NCBI RefSeq assembly: GCF_964213995.1
Contig: NC_135830.1
Span: 17,050,001-17,114,000 of the forward strand
Direction: 5' to 3'
From: Mustelus asterias
Lineage: Eukaryota
Length of the DNA stretch: 64,000 nucleotides
The position numbers and the translations under genes were made by a program. The notes below the pieces were generated by a model. It saw only the letters and a list, made by a program, of their open reading frames with translations. It did no database searches and had not been told where the DNA came from. Below are positions 1 to 13,200 of this stretch, one piece after another. Positions within the stretch are counted from its first letter, which is position 1. Each line of letters starts with the position of its first letter.

Positions 1-744
1 TTCTCCAGAGCGTTCTGAATGTTTCCACCTTCATAAACCTGCTCAGCAACAGCTGCGTTTTTCTTTGTCGCAATGATCAATATATTCTGCACAAAGCAAA
101 TCTCAAACTGCAAGTTTCCTCATCATTGGAAATCTGATGCAATCCCATGTAAAAACATTTACTGTCATATGGTTTGGGTACATTTCCATCACCTGTACGG
201 TATATTCACCCCAATTCCATTGGAAATTATTTTTCAACTTAAAAAGCAAGATTTGTTCAGACCTTTCAGTCAAAATATTTTAAAATGTCACTCCTTCCCA
301 GCTTTGATGTGTTGGATTTTGAGGAGCATTTTCGCCATTTGCAGGCCAGGCGCTCAGTATTCCAAACTCATGGCCGGTGTTTCAGCGCGGAATTACCCGG
401 AGCCTGTTGAATTTTAAATTTCGGGCTATGGTTCTGGTAGTTGGAACTTCAGTGAACTGAAATATATTCCTGAATGGCCGTCAACCTAGATCTGTTTACC
501 GGTTAGAGCAAGTCATAAATTCTTGAAAGAAAGAAATCACAGTCGAACTTGCTTTGTGATTGATGCATTTACCTCTGTAACAGTCATAGAGGAGCCCCAT
601 TTCACAGGCCTCGGGTTACACTCGGGTGAACTCAGTTGTATTTACCTTGTGCTTCCTCTCTGTAAGCAGGTTTTGTGGCAACATTCTCCCAATGATTTGG
701 AATGAGCAAAAGTTGTCGGAGAAAATCTTGTCTTTGCCGCCACG

Positions 745-2485
745 GTCACTATAGAGTCATAGAGGTTCACAGCATGGAAACAGGCCCTTCGGCCCAACGT
801 GTCCATGCCGCCCTTTCTTTTCAACCCCTAAGCAAATCCCAATTCTCCGCATTTGTCCCATATCCCTCTATACCCATCATACCCATGTAACTGTCGAAAT
901 GCTATTTAAAAGACAAAATTGTACCCGCCTCTACGACTACCTCTGGCAGCTTGTTCCAGACACTCACCACCCTCTGTGTGAAAAAAGTGCCCCTCTGGAC
1001 ACTTTGGTATCTCTCCCCTCTCACCTTAACCTATGCCCTCTAGTTTTAGACTCCCCTACCTTTAGGAAAAGATATTGGCTATCTCGCTGATCTGTGCCCC
1101 TCATTACTTTATAGACCTCTATAAGATCACCCCTCAGCCTCCTACATTCCAGAGAAAAAAGACCCAGTCTATCCAACCTCTCCTGATAACTCAATCCATC
1201 AATGGTCGGTCGCATCCTAGTAAATATTTTCTGCGCTCTTTCTAGTTTAATAATATCCTTTCTACAATAGTGTGGCCAAACGGGCCATCTAAAATGGCGA
1301 TTTGTAAAGCACTCTGGGACAATTGGGCAAAAACTAAAACGACAGGCTGCAGTTTAAAAGACAGAGACAAACAGGCTGAAATCCAGATGTGTGGATCCAC
1401 AGGATATGGGTCACCTCCGGGGTCAAAAATACTTTCTGGTCACACTGGATTGTTTCATCTCCAGGAAGAAAGAGACTTTCTGGTCACAGTGAGTTGTTTA
1501 CCAGACATAAGGGCACCGTGACCCCTTATTTAGGAAGGAGGTATGTGACCTATGTGCTTCCAGCACCTACAGACATGGCCTTTGGGGACACACCCAGAGA
1601 TCGGTGTGGCAGCACCTGATTGGACTCTTATCGATCAGGGTGATGAAGTCCTCATCGATTGATTGGCAATGGCCAAAAGGGGCATGAAACCAAATGGGGT
1701 ATAAAGGGTGCTGCGCAACCAGGAATCTCTCTCTCTCTGACCCCACGAACGAGCTACAACAACGGTGAACATCGCCAGCGACGACTAGCACAAGGAGAGC
1801 CACCACACCCGAGAAGGAAGGAAGGAAGACAAGAGCCAGAGTGCCAGACCAGACCAAAGGACCAGACTATGCAGAGGACGACCGATACCAACGCACAGAT
1901 AAAGGCCAATATCTGCTTGGGTACTTGCCAGTCATGCAACGTTAAGCTAAGGTCTTATATTGGACTTGAACATTAGTATTTTCCTGTAAGATAACTTATC
2001 GTTGGTTGGGTGGGTGATTATTTATTGTGTGGGTTTAAATAAATATTGGTTGTACTAATAAGACATCTACTCGTACTTATTTGTCCACCGTATAAGGGTT
2101 AAAACAGACTGTGCGGTAGATAAGAGGCAGCAGTAGGATGACCAGAGTTGCACACAGTATTCCAAGTGTGGCCTTACCAATGTCTTGTACAACTTCAACA
2201 AGACATTCCAACTCCTGTATTCAATGTTCTGACCAATGGAACCAAGCATGCCGAATGCCTTCTTCACCACTCTGTCCAACTGTGACTTCACTTTCAAGGA
2301 GCTATGAACATGTACCCCTCAATCTCTTTGTTCTGTAACTCTCCCCAACGCCCGACCATTAACTGAGTAAGGCCTGCCCTTGTTCAATCTATCAAAATGA
2401 ATCGCCTTGCATTTGTCTAAATTAAACTCCATCTGCCATTCGTCAGCCCACTGGCCCAATTGATCAAGTTCCCGTTGCAATTGGA
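745..2485 (-). mobile_element. CR1/HER1-type LINE 3' fragment, split by a solo LTR at 1271-2132
   Basis: ORFs 1021..1215 and 2067..2297 give CR1 RT C-terminal motifs ([26 protein letters not shown]). The 3' tail ends near 745. The LINE sequence resumes after 2133. Confidence 0.85.
1271..2132 (+). mobile_element. Solo LTR (862 bp) inserted in a CR1 LINE
   Basis: Starts TG and ends CA. Flanked by ATAG (1267-1270) and GTAG (2133-2136), a 4-bp TSD with one mismatch. TATAAA at 1700-1705 and AATAAA at 2038-2043. It interrupts otherwise continuous LINE sequence. Confidence 0.7.
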
Positions 2486-2810
2486 ATTATCCTCTCAGTA
2501 GCTGCTCAATGAAGGACAGTCCCTCCTTTAGGAATTTTGTTTCTCTTCCCAAACGAGTTTCACTGTAATCAGCAACACACCGGAGACCGTCCTGCCACAT
2601 TTTTAAAGGACATTGATAGCAGCTACTATATTTGGTCTCGCCACCAGCTACCAGCCACTCTGGAATTTTCCTGATGATTCCTGAAAAGTGCAGTATTTGT
2701 GTCAATTGTTTGCGAAGCCAGTTATTAATTTGTGCAGAGCGCTGTTGATGGATTGAAAGCAGATGAAAGAGAGGAATGGGCACAGCTGAAATCGAGGTGA
2801 ATTCTCCACT

Positions 2811-5800
2811 ACATAAGAAGACAAGAACATAAGAAGTAGGAGCAGGAGTAGGCCATCAGGCCCCTCAAGCCTCCTCCGCCATTCAATAAGATCATGGCTG
2901 ATCGTTTTGTGGACTCAGCTTCACTTACCTGCTCGCTCAACATAACCCTTAATTCATTTACTGTTCAAAAATTTATCTATTCTTGCCTTAAATACATTCA
3001 ATGAGATAGCCTCAACTGCCTCACTGGGCAGGGAATTCCACAGATTCACAACCCTTTGTGTGAAGAAGCCCCTCTTCAACTCAGTCCTAAAATAGAAAAT
3101 ATTTGCAGAAAATACGGACGCATGGGATTGAGGGTGATTTAGTGGTTTGGATCAGGAATTGGCTAGCTGTAGGAAAACAGAGGGTCGTGGTTGATGGGAA
3201 ATGTTCATCCTGGAGTTCAGTTACTAGTGGTGTACCACAAGGATCTGTTTTGTGGCCACTGCTGTTTGTCATTTTTATTAATGACCTGGATGAGGGCGTG
3301 GAAGGATGGATTAGTAAATTTGCGGATGACACTAAAGTCGGTGGAGTTGTAGACAGTGCGGAGGGAAGTGGCAGGTTACAGAGGGACATAGATAAGCTGC
3401 AGAGCTGGGCTGAGAGGTGGCAAATGGAGTTTAATGCGGAAAAGTGTGAGGTGATTCACTCTGGAAGGAGTAACAGGAATACAGAGTACTGGGATAATGG
3501 TAAAATACTTGGTAGTTTGGATGAACAGAGGGATCTGGGTGTCCATGTGCATAGATCCCTGAAAGTTGGCACCCGGGTTGATAGGGTTGTTAAGAAGGCG
3601 TACGGTGTGTTAGCTTTTATTGGTAGAGGGATTGAGTTTCGGAGCCAGGAGGTCATGCTGCAACTTTACAAAACTCTGGTGCGGCCACAGTTGGAGTATT
3701 GCGTACAGTTCTGGTCGCCGTACTTTAGGAAAGATGTGGAAGTGTTGGAAAGGGTGCAGAGGAGATTTACCAGGATGTTGCCTGGTATGGTGGGAAAATC
3801 GTATGAGGAAAGGCTGAGGGGCTTGAGGTTGTTTTCGTTAGAGAGAAGAAGGTTAAGAGGTGACTTAATAGAGGCATACGAGATGATCAGAGGATTAGAT
3901 AGGGTGGATAGTGAGAGTCTTTTTCCTCGGATGTTGTTGGCTAGCACGAGGGGACATAGCTTTAAATTGAGGGGTGAGAGATATAGGACAGATGTTAGAG
4001 GTAGGTTCTTTACTCAGAGAGTAGTAAGGACGTGGAATGCCCTGCCTGCAGCAGTAGTGGACTCGTCAACATTAAGAGCATTCAAATGGTTATTGGATAA
4101 ACATATGGATGATATTGGAATAGTGTAGATTAGAGGGGCTTTAGATTGGTTCCACTGGTCGGCACAACATCGAGGGCCGAAGGGCCTGTACTGCGTTGTA
4201 ATGTTCTATGTTCTATATTCTAAATCTGCTTCCCCTTATTTTGAGGCTATGCCCCCTAGTTCTAGTTTCACCCGCCAGTGGAAACAACTTCCCTGCTTCT
4301 ATCTTAACTATTCCCTTCAGAATCTTATATGTTTATATAAGATCTCCCCTCATTCTTCTGAATTCCAATGAGTGTAGTCCCAGTCTACTCACTCTCTCCT
4401 CATAAGCCAACCCTCTCATCTCTGGAATCAACCTAGTGAATCTCCTCTGCACCCCCTCCAGTGCCAGTATATACTTTCCCAAGTAAGGAGACCAAAACTT
4501 TACACAGAACTCCAGGTGTGGCCTCACCAGCACTTTATACAGCTGCAACTTAACCTCGCTGCTTTTAAACTCCATCCCTCCAGCAATGAGGACAAAATTC
4601 CATTTGCCTTCTTAATTACCTGCTTCACCTGTAAACCAACTCCTTGAGATTCCTGAACAAGGACACCCACGTCTCTCTGCACAGCAGCACGCTGCAATTC
4701 TTTACCATTTAAATAATAGTCCATTTTGCCGTTATTCCCACCAAAATGAATGACCTCACATTTACCAACATTGTACTCCATCTGCCAGATCCTCGCCCAC
4801 TCACTTATCCCTTTGCAGACTTTCAGCGTCCTCTGCACACTTTGCTCTGCCACCCATCTTCGTGTCATCTGCGAATTTTGACACACTACACGTGTGGTCC
4901 CCAACTCCAAATCATCTATTTAAATCGGAAACAATTGCCGTCCCAACAATGATCCCTGAGGCATACTACGAGTCACTGATCGCCAACTAGAAAAACATCA
5001 ATTTACCCCACTCTTTGCTTTCTGTTACTTAACCAATCCTCTATCCATGCCAATACATTAACCGTAACACCGTGCACCTTTATCTTATGTAGCAGTCTTT
5101 GGCGCGGCACCTTGTCAAATGCCTTCTGGAAATCCAGATACACCACATCCACAGGTTCCCCATTGTCCACTGAACATATAATGTTCTCAAAGAATTCCAC
5201 CAAATTAGTCAAACATGTCCTTCCCTTCATGAACCCATGCTGGGACTTACCAATGGGACAACTTATATCCAGATGTCTCGCTATTTCTTCCTTGATGATA
5301 GATTCAAGCATTTTCCCTACTACAGAAGTTAAACTAACCGGCCTATAGTTACCTGCCTTTTGTCGACCTACTTTATTAAACAGTGGCATCACATTTGCTG
5401 TTTTCCAATCTGCGGGAACCACCCCAGAGACCAGCGAATTTTGGTAAATTACCACGAGTGCATTTGCTATTCCTCCCGCCATCTCATTTAGTACCCTGGC
5501 ATGCATTCCATCAGGACCAGCAGACTTGTCTACCTTTAGCCCCATTAACTTGCCCAACACTAACTCTTTCGTGATAATGATAGTTTATAGGTTCTCACCT
5601 GCCATAGCCATCCTGTCATCAATTTTTGGCATGTTATTTGTGTCTTGTACTGTGAAGACTGACACAAAATACCTGTTCAATGCCTCAGCCATTTTCTCAT
5701 TTCCAGTTATTACATCCCCCTTCTCGTCCTCTGAAGGACCAATGTTTACTTTAGTCACTCTTTTTCGTTTTATATATTTGTAGAAACTTTTGCCATCTGT

Positions 5801-6210
5801 TTTTATATTCTGAGCTAGTTTACTCTCATAATCCATCTTACCTTTCTTTGTAGCATTTTTCGTGGATTTCTGCTGACCTTTAAAGATTTCCCGATCCTCT
5901 CGGTTCCCACTTATCTTTGCCACTTTGTATGCATTTTCTTTCAATTTGATAACTCCTTTATTTCCTTAGATATCAGTGGCTGATTATCTCTTTTCCTTCT
6001 TTATCACTGGTCTATACTTTTGCTGAGCACTGTGAAAGATTGCTTTGAAAATCCTCCACTGTTCCTCAATTGTCCCACCATAAAGTTTTTGTCCCAAGTC
6101 TACCTCAGCCAACTCCTCCTTCATCCCTTTATAGTCTCCTTAGTTTACCTACAAGACACTGGTATTGGATTTTACCTTCTCATGCTCCATCTGTATTTTA
6201 AATTCAACCA
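2811..6210 (-). mobile_element. CR1 LINE, 5'-truncated and degraded ORF2, host to a nested CR1
   Basis: ORFs 5585..5944, 5003..5560 ([24 protein letters not shown]), 4524..4910 and 4333..4575. The ACATAAGA-type tail lies at 2811-2835. Confidence 0.9.
3092..4219 (+). mobile_element. Nested CR1 LINE 3' part with an uninterrupted RT C-terminal ORF (3103..4128)
   Basis: GVPQGSVL and FADDTK RT motifs; (TTCTATG)n tail. CTAAA flanks both sides (3087-3091, 4220-4224). Confidence 0.9.
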
Positions 6211-6211
6211 A

Positions 6212-6850
6212 GGAAGGAATTCAATTACCCATCCCTGCTGGAAACTCATCGACGCAGTCACACTAGGGAGAGGCCTTCATCTGTTCCCAGTGTGGGAAGG
6301 GATTTGCTCACTCATCCACTCTGCTGAGACACCAGCAAATTCACACTGGGATGAGGCCATTCAACTGCTCTTGTGTAGGAAGGGATTCAGTTGGTCATCC
6401 AGTCTCCTGACACACCAGCGAGTTCACACCGCGGAGAAGCCATTCACCTGCACCCAGTGTGAGAAGACATTCGCTGACTCATCCAACCGAGCAATACACT
6501 GGCGAACTCACAAAGAGGAGAGGCCATTCACCTGCTCCCAGTGTGAGAAGAGATTCGCTGACTCATCCAACCTAGCAATACACTGGCGAACTCACAAAGA
6601 GGAGAGGCCATTCACCTGCTCCCAGTGTGGGAAGGGATTTAATAGTCATCCAAACTAGCAGTGCACCAGCGAGTTCACACTGGAGAGAGGCCTTTTACCT
6701 ACTGTGTGTGTGGCAAGAGATTCATTGACTCATCCAGCCTAGCAATATACCAGCGAATTCACAAAGGGGAGAGGCCATTCACTTGCTCCCGGTGTGGGAA
6801 GGGATATGTTACCTCATCCACTCTTCTGAGACACCAGTGAATTCACAAGG
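6212..6850 (+). pseudogene. C2H2 zinc-finger gene relic, 5' part replaced by CR1, frameshifted
   Basis: Repeated 84-bp fingers with HTGERPF-like linkers, frameshifts and stops. Confidence 0.8.
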
Positions 6851-7178
6851 AACTATTGTGATTGTATTTTCCTGTTGAGCATATTCAGACTAAACCATGT
6901 TCCTTTGGGTCTGTTTCTGCTGAATTGAAAAATAACTTCAGCTCTGTTTAGGTGTTAATACAGTTGGTCTGAGAAGAGGAGGATTTGGGGTCAGGAAACT
7001 TGCACAAAGCATCAGATTATCTGAACAGCAGAGAATTTTGTACATGGAAGGAAACAACTCCGTTCTCAATCACATTAGGGAGAAACCGTGCAAATGTGGA
7101 GACTGAAGTGATTGGCGGACCATTTTTTATGGTTTACTAATTCAGCACATTTCTATTATTATTAGTTTATGATCATAT

Positions 7179-7322
7179 TATGGTGAGCACTGCTGCCTCA
7201 CAGCGCCAGGGACTCGGGTTTGATTCTTCGCTTGGGTCACTGTCTGTGTGGAGTTTGCATGTTCTCCCCGTGTCTGCATGGGTTTCCTCCGGTGCTCCGG
7301 TCTCCTCCCAGTCGGAAAGACA
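7179..7322 (+). mobile_element. HE1-like tRNA-derived SINE (partial)
   Basis: tRNA head (AGCACTGCTGCCTCACAGCGCCAGGGAC...) and core TGTGGAGTTTGCATGTTCTCCCCGTGTCTGC. Confidence 0.8.
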
Positions 7323-7409
7323 TCCATATCCCACACTGAATAAAAATAAAACTGTCAGAGTGAACATGGTTCAGTTCTGGGTGTGAATAACAGCAGCAAT
7401 AACAGCAGA

Positions 7410-8394
7410 ATCCAGTCCCTGTCATCACTTGTGGACTCACTGGACTCTGGACAGATTGGATAACTGAGTGAATGCCATCCTGCACAGACCCAGTGAATGG
7501 TCTCTCCCCAGCATGAAGACACTGGTGTGTCAGAAGGTTGGATGAATCAATGAATGCTTTCTCACTCAGCTGAACAGCCTCTCCGTATTGTGAACTCGCT
7601 GGTGTGTCTGCAAGTGAGATAATCGATTAAATCTCATCTCACACTCTAGACAGCTGAATGGCCTCTCCCCTGTGTGAACTCGCTCGTGTCTCAGCAGGTC
7701 AGATGAAGTAGCGAAAGCTTTCCCACACTCAGAGCAGGTGAACGGTCTCTCCCTGGTGTGAACTCGCTAGGTTGTACGAGAGAGAGAATCCGTTTCCTCA
7801 CTCAGAGCAGGTGAATGGCCTCTCCCCAGTGTGAACTCGCTTGTGTGTCTGCAACTGAGATAACCGACTGAAACTCATCACACACTTGGAGCAGGTAAAT
7901 GGCCTCTCCCCACTGTGAATTCGCTGGTGTATCCAGAGGTTGGAGGAGCGAGAGAATCCCTTTCCACACTGCAAACAGATGAACGGCCTCTCCCCTGTGT
8001 GAACTCGCTGGTGTGTCATTAAGTCGGATGAATTAGTAAATCACTTTGCACACTTGGTGCAGGTGAATGGTCTCTCCCCAGTGTGACTGCGCCGATGAAT
8101 TTCCAGCTACGATGGGAATCTGAATCCCTTCCCACAATGTCCACATTTCCACAGTTTCTCCATGGTGCCAGTGTCCTTGTATCTCTCAGGTTTGCTGATC
8201 AGTTGCGGTAGGTGTGTGTGTGTGTGTGTGTTACACCAATGTTTAAAATCTTTTGAAGCAGATAGAAGAGAGAAACATTTCGCCTGGACTCAAATGCCGA
8301 TAATATTCTGGTCCCAATAATCGAACAATTCTGTTAATTCTTCACTTGACGTTTCCTTTGAGATTCCAATCTGTAAATCCTTCCCTCCATTATC
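7410..8394 (-). pseudogene. C2H2 zinc-finger pseudogene (MEKLWKC-type exon)
   Basis: ORF 7798..8019 ([16 protein letters not shown]...). ATG at 8163, in-frame stops, acceptor-like ...TTACAG at about 8395. Confidence 0.8.
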
Positions 8395-9023
8395 CTGTAA
8401 AAGAAGTTGACAAAAATCATCACCGTCAGTGCTGGATAGAAATTCAGAACAGATAATTCTGAATATAACTGGACTAAAAACATGTGGTATACAGTGCCGC
8501 ATTTCTTAATTAGAGAGATGATGGGAAAGGGATTTGAGAAAACTATATTTCCTCCCGATTTTAAAAGCAATCTTTCTGAATTGTAATGTCTCTTTGACTG
8601 GAACTATATAACGTAACTACATGCTATATTACAAGAATAATACAATGAATCTTATTACCGAAATAAATATACCAAATATTTGAACACAAGATATATCTCT
8701 GTTGTTACTAATCTAAAAAGTAAACAAATTTCCAGAAAGTTCTAATGGAATACTGAAGGACAAGGTTACACATTGAAAAAAATACTTTACAAATCAATCT
8801 AAAACCAGCATCACTAAATCATGCAAAGAGATAAACAGTATTTGAATAGACAAGATAAATTACACTTTAAAAAGCTCAGACAATAAAAACAGGTTCCACA
8901 AAATCACAAACATTTTCCCCCTCAGTATATTTGGCTCTAATTCCAGTTCCAGAGAATTTCTCTGTCTCTGTATTTCCCAGGGGGAGAAAGAAAGTGTTTT
9001 CCTCACAGATGTTGTCCAGAGGA

Positions 9024-9176
9024 TGAAGTTTGAGTCTGTGGTGAAGTTTGAGTCTGTGTGTGAAGTTTGAGTCTGTGGTGAAGTTTGAGTGTGTGTGTGA
9101 AGTTTGAGTCTGTGGTGAAGTTTGAGTCTGTGTGTGAAGTTTGGGTCTGTGTGTGAAGTTTGAGTCTGTGGTGAAG
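9024..9176. repeat. Minisatellite, 18-19 bp unit TGAAGTTTGAGTCTGTG(G/TG), about 8 copies
   Basis: Direct inspection of the tandem units. Confidence 0.9.
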
Positions 9177-9269
9177 CTACAAACAGAAGCTGTTCTGTTT
9201 CAAATAAAACTGCGGGACTGGGAAGAAAATGATGGGAAGAGATTTTGCAAAGTCCCCTCCCCCACTCCC

Positions 9270-9700
9270 TCAGCTGGTAGCCCAGCGCGCAGGCGCAGAG
9301 AGCGCTGCTGAGCCGAGCTGTCCGGAGCAGGCGCAGAGAGCGCTGCTGAGCCGAGCTGTCCGGAGCAGGCGCAGTGCGGCTGCCGCCAGCGGTCGTTCTC
9401 GGTCTTTTTTTGGAGCCGCAGCCGCCAGAGAGGGGGGAGGGAGAGATCACCGAGCGGCTTCTCGCTCTGGCCGGAGCCGCTAGCCGGTTGCCTGGAAACC
9501 GTGGCTGGAGGAGGTGCAGGGGGGCGGGGCTCCCGTCTCCGCGGCCCCCGGGCCTGCGCACTAGAACCCGAAGATGTCACTGCGGTGCAGACTGGTTCCT
9601 ATTGGCTGATATAGGCAGGCCTCCATTGACGTCACAATGCGGAAGTTTGTTGATGATTTTCAGAGTGAAACTTCCGCCTCTGGACAACATCTGGGAGGAA
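9270..9700. promoter_or_regulatory. CpG-island promoter, probably bidirectional, between divergent ZNF loci
   Basis: CpG-rich. GCGCAGGCGCA (NRF1-like), GGGGCGGGG (Sp1), ATTGG (CCAAT), TGACGTCA (CRE, about 9628) and CGGAAGT (ETS). Includes a 38-bp tandem duplication at 9289-9374. Confidence 0.7.
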
Positions 9701-10367
9701 ATCAATGTTTCCCCCTTTCCATTTCTTTTCTCATTCTGGGGGAAACTGGGGACTTGCAGCAACTGAAGGGAAAGGAAGTGAATCCAGGGAGGCTGCAGAC
9801 TCTGGAACGATTGCAGACGAACATCGGAATTAGCAGGATTAGGCCCAGGTATCTTTTTCTTTCTCTCTCAAAGATATTGACATCTTTTGGCTCCCACAGG
9901 TTGTCGCATTTATTTATCTGGCGAATAGGATAGCCTCTTACCTAATGTTCACAATTAAAGGGGGAGTTTTCCCAGGAGAAGGCTGTTTGAATGAACAGTA
10001 AATTCGCCTGGGACAGAGATATGTTGAATGTAGTTATATGGTACGTGCTATGTTATTTATGAATCCCTATTTCTCGTCTTGATATATAAAAGGCACTGTG
10101 TCAACGTTACCTATTTCCACTGATGGAGACATTACAACATAAAAGGAATCCATTTGGCAACTCAAATCCATGCCAACCCTCTTTGGAGCAATTCAGCCAG
10201 TCCCATTCCCTCTCTATATTCCCATTCCCCTGAGTTTCACATCAGAATAGAATGGATGAGAATTCCAGATGAGCTGAGACTGGGGTGGAGTCGGGCGATG
10301 TCACTGAGATGGAAATAGTGATGATGATGTGGACATGTGGCTGGAAGCTCATCTTGGGGTGAAATAT

Positions 10368-10443
10368 GGCTACCAATATCTACCAAATGCTTGCTACCAA
10401 ATAAACCTGTTGGACTTTAACCTGGTGTTGTTAAACTTCTTAC
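10368..10443 (+). mobile_element. 76-bp Penelope-tail micro-insertion
   Basis: Matches the 3' tail of the Penelope at 57398-57450 (GCTACCAAATAAACCTGTTGGACTTTAACCTGGTGTTG...CTTCTTAC). TSD TGAAATAT at 10360-10367 and 10444-10451. Confidence 0.7.
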
Positions 10444-11137
10444 TGAAATATTTCACCAGGGTTGTGAACAGCCTGGTTCAGGTCAGACATGTTGCCAGGA
10501 AGAGGGATAGAGTTGTTGGCGAGCAAGTGGAGCTTGGAGAGGGGACTGAAGACAGTGGGTTCAGTCTTCCCAGTATTTATATGAAAGAAATTTCTGTTCG
10601 TTTAGTACTGGAAGTCAGATAAGTCAGGATGGTGTGTGGGTTGGAGGAACTCGGAGGTGATGGTGTTTATATCCATCTGCTATCTTGGTCCTTCCAGTTG
10701 GTGGAGTTGAGGGTTTGTGAGATTCTGTCAAAGTTCTTGTCAAGTTGTAGATGTATAAAATCCCTTGCCTTCACCCCGGCCACTCCTACTTCTCTCTATC
10801 TCCTCCCAAAGTGCCAAAAGAGTCTTATGTCGACCCAGGCTGTGTGGCAGGTTTCATTCCCTGAAGGATATCAGTGAACCAGTTGGGTTTGTATGACAAT
10901 CCAGCAGCTTTCTTGGTTACCCTTTCCTCACGGCGGCCCCACATATTAGCAGATTCATTCAGCTCAATTTCACAACCCACCTTTGTTTTTGTGGGTTCTT
11001 TCTCACTCACTTTTTTCTGTTTTAAATCAATTTCACAGGGGTTTACAAGAGGAAGATTTGCAGTTGAGAAACTGAAACAAAACATATCAGAATCTGACGA
11101 GTCGGCCAATTTATTGTAACCTGAATATCATTGTATT

Positions 11138-12099
11138 TTGAAATTGGAAGAAAAAAGCACCATTCACAGTGGAGAGAAACTGTACATGTGTTCTGTTTGT
11201 GGACAAGACTTCAACCAATCATCTGGCCTTTGGAAACATATTTGCAGTCACAACAGGGAAATGGCATGGAAGTGTGAAGATTGTGGGAAGGAATTCATTA
11301 CCCATCCCTGCTGGACACTCATCGACGCAGTCACACTGGGGAGAGGCCATTCACCTGCTCTCAGTGTGGGAAGGGATTCACTCAGTTATCCAGCTTACAT
11401 ATACACCAGAGGACTCATGCTGAGGAGAGGCCGTTTACCTGCTCCCAATGTGGGAAGGGATTCAATCAGTCATCAAACCTAGCAATACACCAGCGAGTTC
11501 ACACTGGGGTGAAACTGTTCACCTGCTCTGAATGTGGGAAGAGATTTTCTCACTCATCCACTCTGCTGATACACCAGCGAACTCACACTCAGGAGAGGCC
11601 ATTCACTTGCTCCCAGTGTGGGAAGGGATTTGCTGACTCATCTACTTTGTTGAAACACCAGCGAGTTCACACTGGGGAGAGGCCATTCACCTGTTCCCAG
11701 TGTGGAAAGGGATTTGCTCAGTCAGCCACCTTGTTCACACACCAGCGAATTCACACTGGGGAGAGGCCATTCACCTGCTCTGTGTGTGGGAAAGGATTCA
11801 GTCGGTCATCAACTCTGCTGACACACCAGCGAGTTCACACTGGGGAGAAACCATTCATCTTCTCTGTGTGCGGGAAAGGATTCAATCACTCATCCAACCT
11901 AGCAATACACCAGCGAATCCACACAGAGGAGAGGCCATTCATCTGCTCTGTGTGTGAGAAGGGATTCAATCAGTCATCTAAACTAGCAATACATCAGCGG
12001 GTTCACACTGGAGAGAGGCCGTTCACCTGCTTGCAGTGTGGGAAGGGATACGTTACCTCATCGAATCTTCTGACGCACCAGCGAATTCACAAGTTGTGA
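11138..12099 (+). pseudogene. C2H2 zinc-finger gene (about 11 fingers) with a 1-bp frameshift near 11297; pseudogene or sequence error
   Basis: ORF 11138.. carries the first fingers and ORF 11281..12099 the remaining nine. The sequence reads TTCATTACCC here versus TTCAATTACCC in the paralog at 6220. Confidence 0.8.
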
Positions 12100-12654
12100 T
12101 TGGATTTCAAATTAGGGAGAGACCATGAAAATGTGCAGACTGTGAGGAGAGTTTCAGTTACCTGTCAGAGCTGGAAGCACACCGGGGACTGTTTGAAGAT
12201 GGAGGGTTTCTACAAGCTGCTCTAAGACTTGTCTTCTCTCTGAAAGCTTCAGGACAGTCTATACTCATTATAGCAAGTATATTTATGGTTTCTAACTGTA
12301 ATTGAAGTGGCATCTACATCTCTGAGGAATGTTGCATATTTGGAACTGAAATTGTGCTAAATTAGAAATTAAAGTTGTTTCCTTTCACTTTTAAATATTG
12401 TTCAACTGTTAATAGTTAAGCTGCTTCATTTTTTGGAATTATATTCAAGCTGTTGTTAAATAAAGTTTGTTTTACCATGAAAGATTCCTAATTTGTCAGT
12501 GGAATTACTCCTGGAGTGAAGCATCCGATCCTCACATTTATGCCAAAATCGAAAAATTTGTTTGGATCTAATCTGGCTTCCTAACATAATTTATGGGTTC
12601 TGGTCCAGGACACTTTTGGAAGGGATTCACTCCATAATCTACCCTCCAACCACC

Positions 12655-12860
12655 CCCGCTTCACTCTGGGGAGAGACCTTTTAAATGCCCAGACTGTGAG
12701 AACTGCTATAAAAGCTGTAGAGAACTGATGTCTCATCAACGTGTTCACACTAATGAGAGAGCATTCAGCTGCTTTTACTGTGAGACGGGGTTCAGAGAAT
12801 CCCTGTACACCAGCGAGTTCACACTGGGGAGAGGCTATTCACCTGCTCTGAGTTTGGGAA
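12655..12860 (+). pseudogene. Degenerate C2H2 finger fragments
   Basis: [13 protein letters not shown]...[13 protein letters not shown] motif, frameshifted. Confidence 0.6.
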
Positions 12861-13014
12861 GAGATCCACTCAGTTTTGAGGTTCGATTTCCAGTATCTGC
12901 AGTATCTTATTTTGATCTGATTTTTTGTTTGATTTATTATTGTCGCATGGATTGGGATACAGTGAAAAGTATTGTTTATTGTGCGCTTTGCAGACAAAAC
13001 CTACCGTTCCAGCA

Positions 13015-13200
13015 TTTTCTGTTTTAGTTCCTTTTGAAGGGTTCTCCCTCTCTCCTCCATCCTCACCGACAACAGCAAGTCTGAGGAGCTCATGGAGCTC
13101 CTTTGTCACTAAGATTGAGACAGTCTGATCAGCTGCCTCTGCTGTTTTCCTCGCTTCCATTGGGTCAAACTGTGTCTAACAATTTGCCCAACCCTAAACT
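13015..13200 (+). mobile_element. L2-type LINE fragment (a related fragment lies at about 15060-15400, -)
   Basis: Degenerate ...EELMEL-FVTKIETV... motif resembling L2 ORF2. Confidence 0.45.

Noticed and set aside
73-705. Short ORFs at the window start
   Set aside because: No motifs or splice context; likely non-coding.
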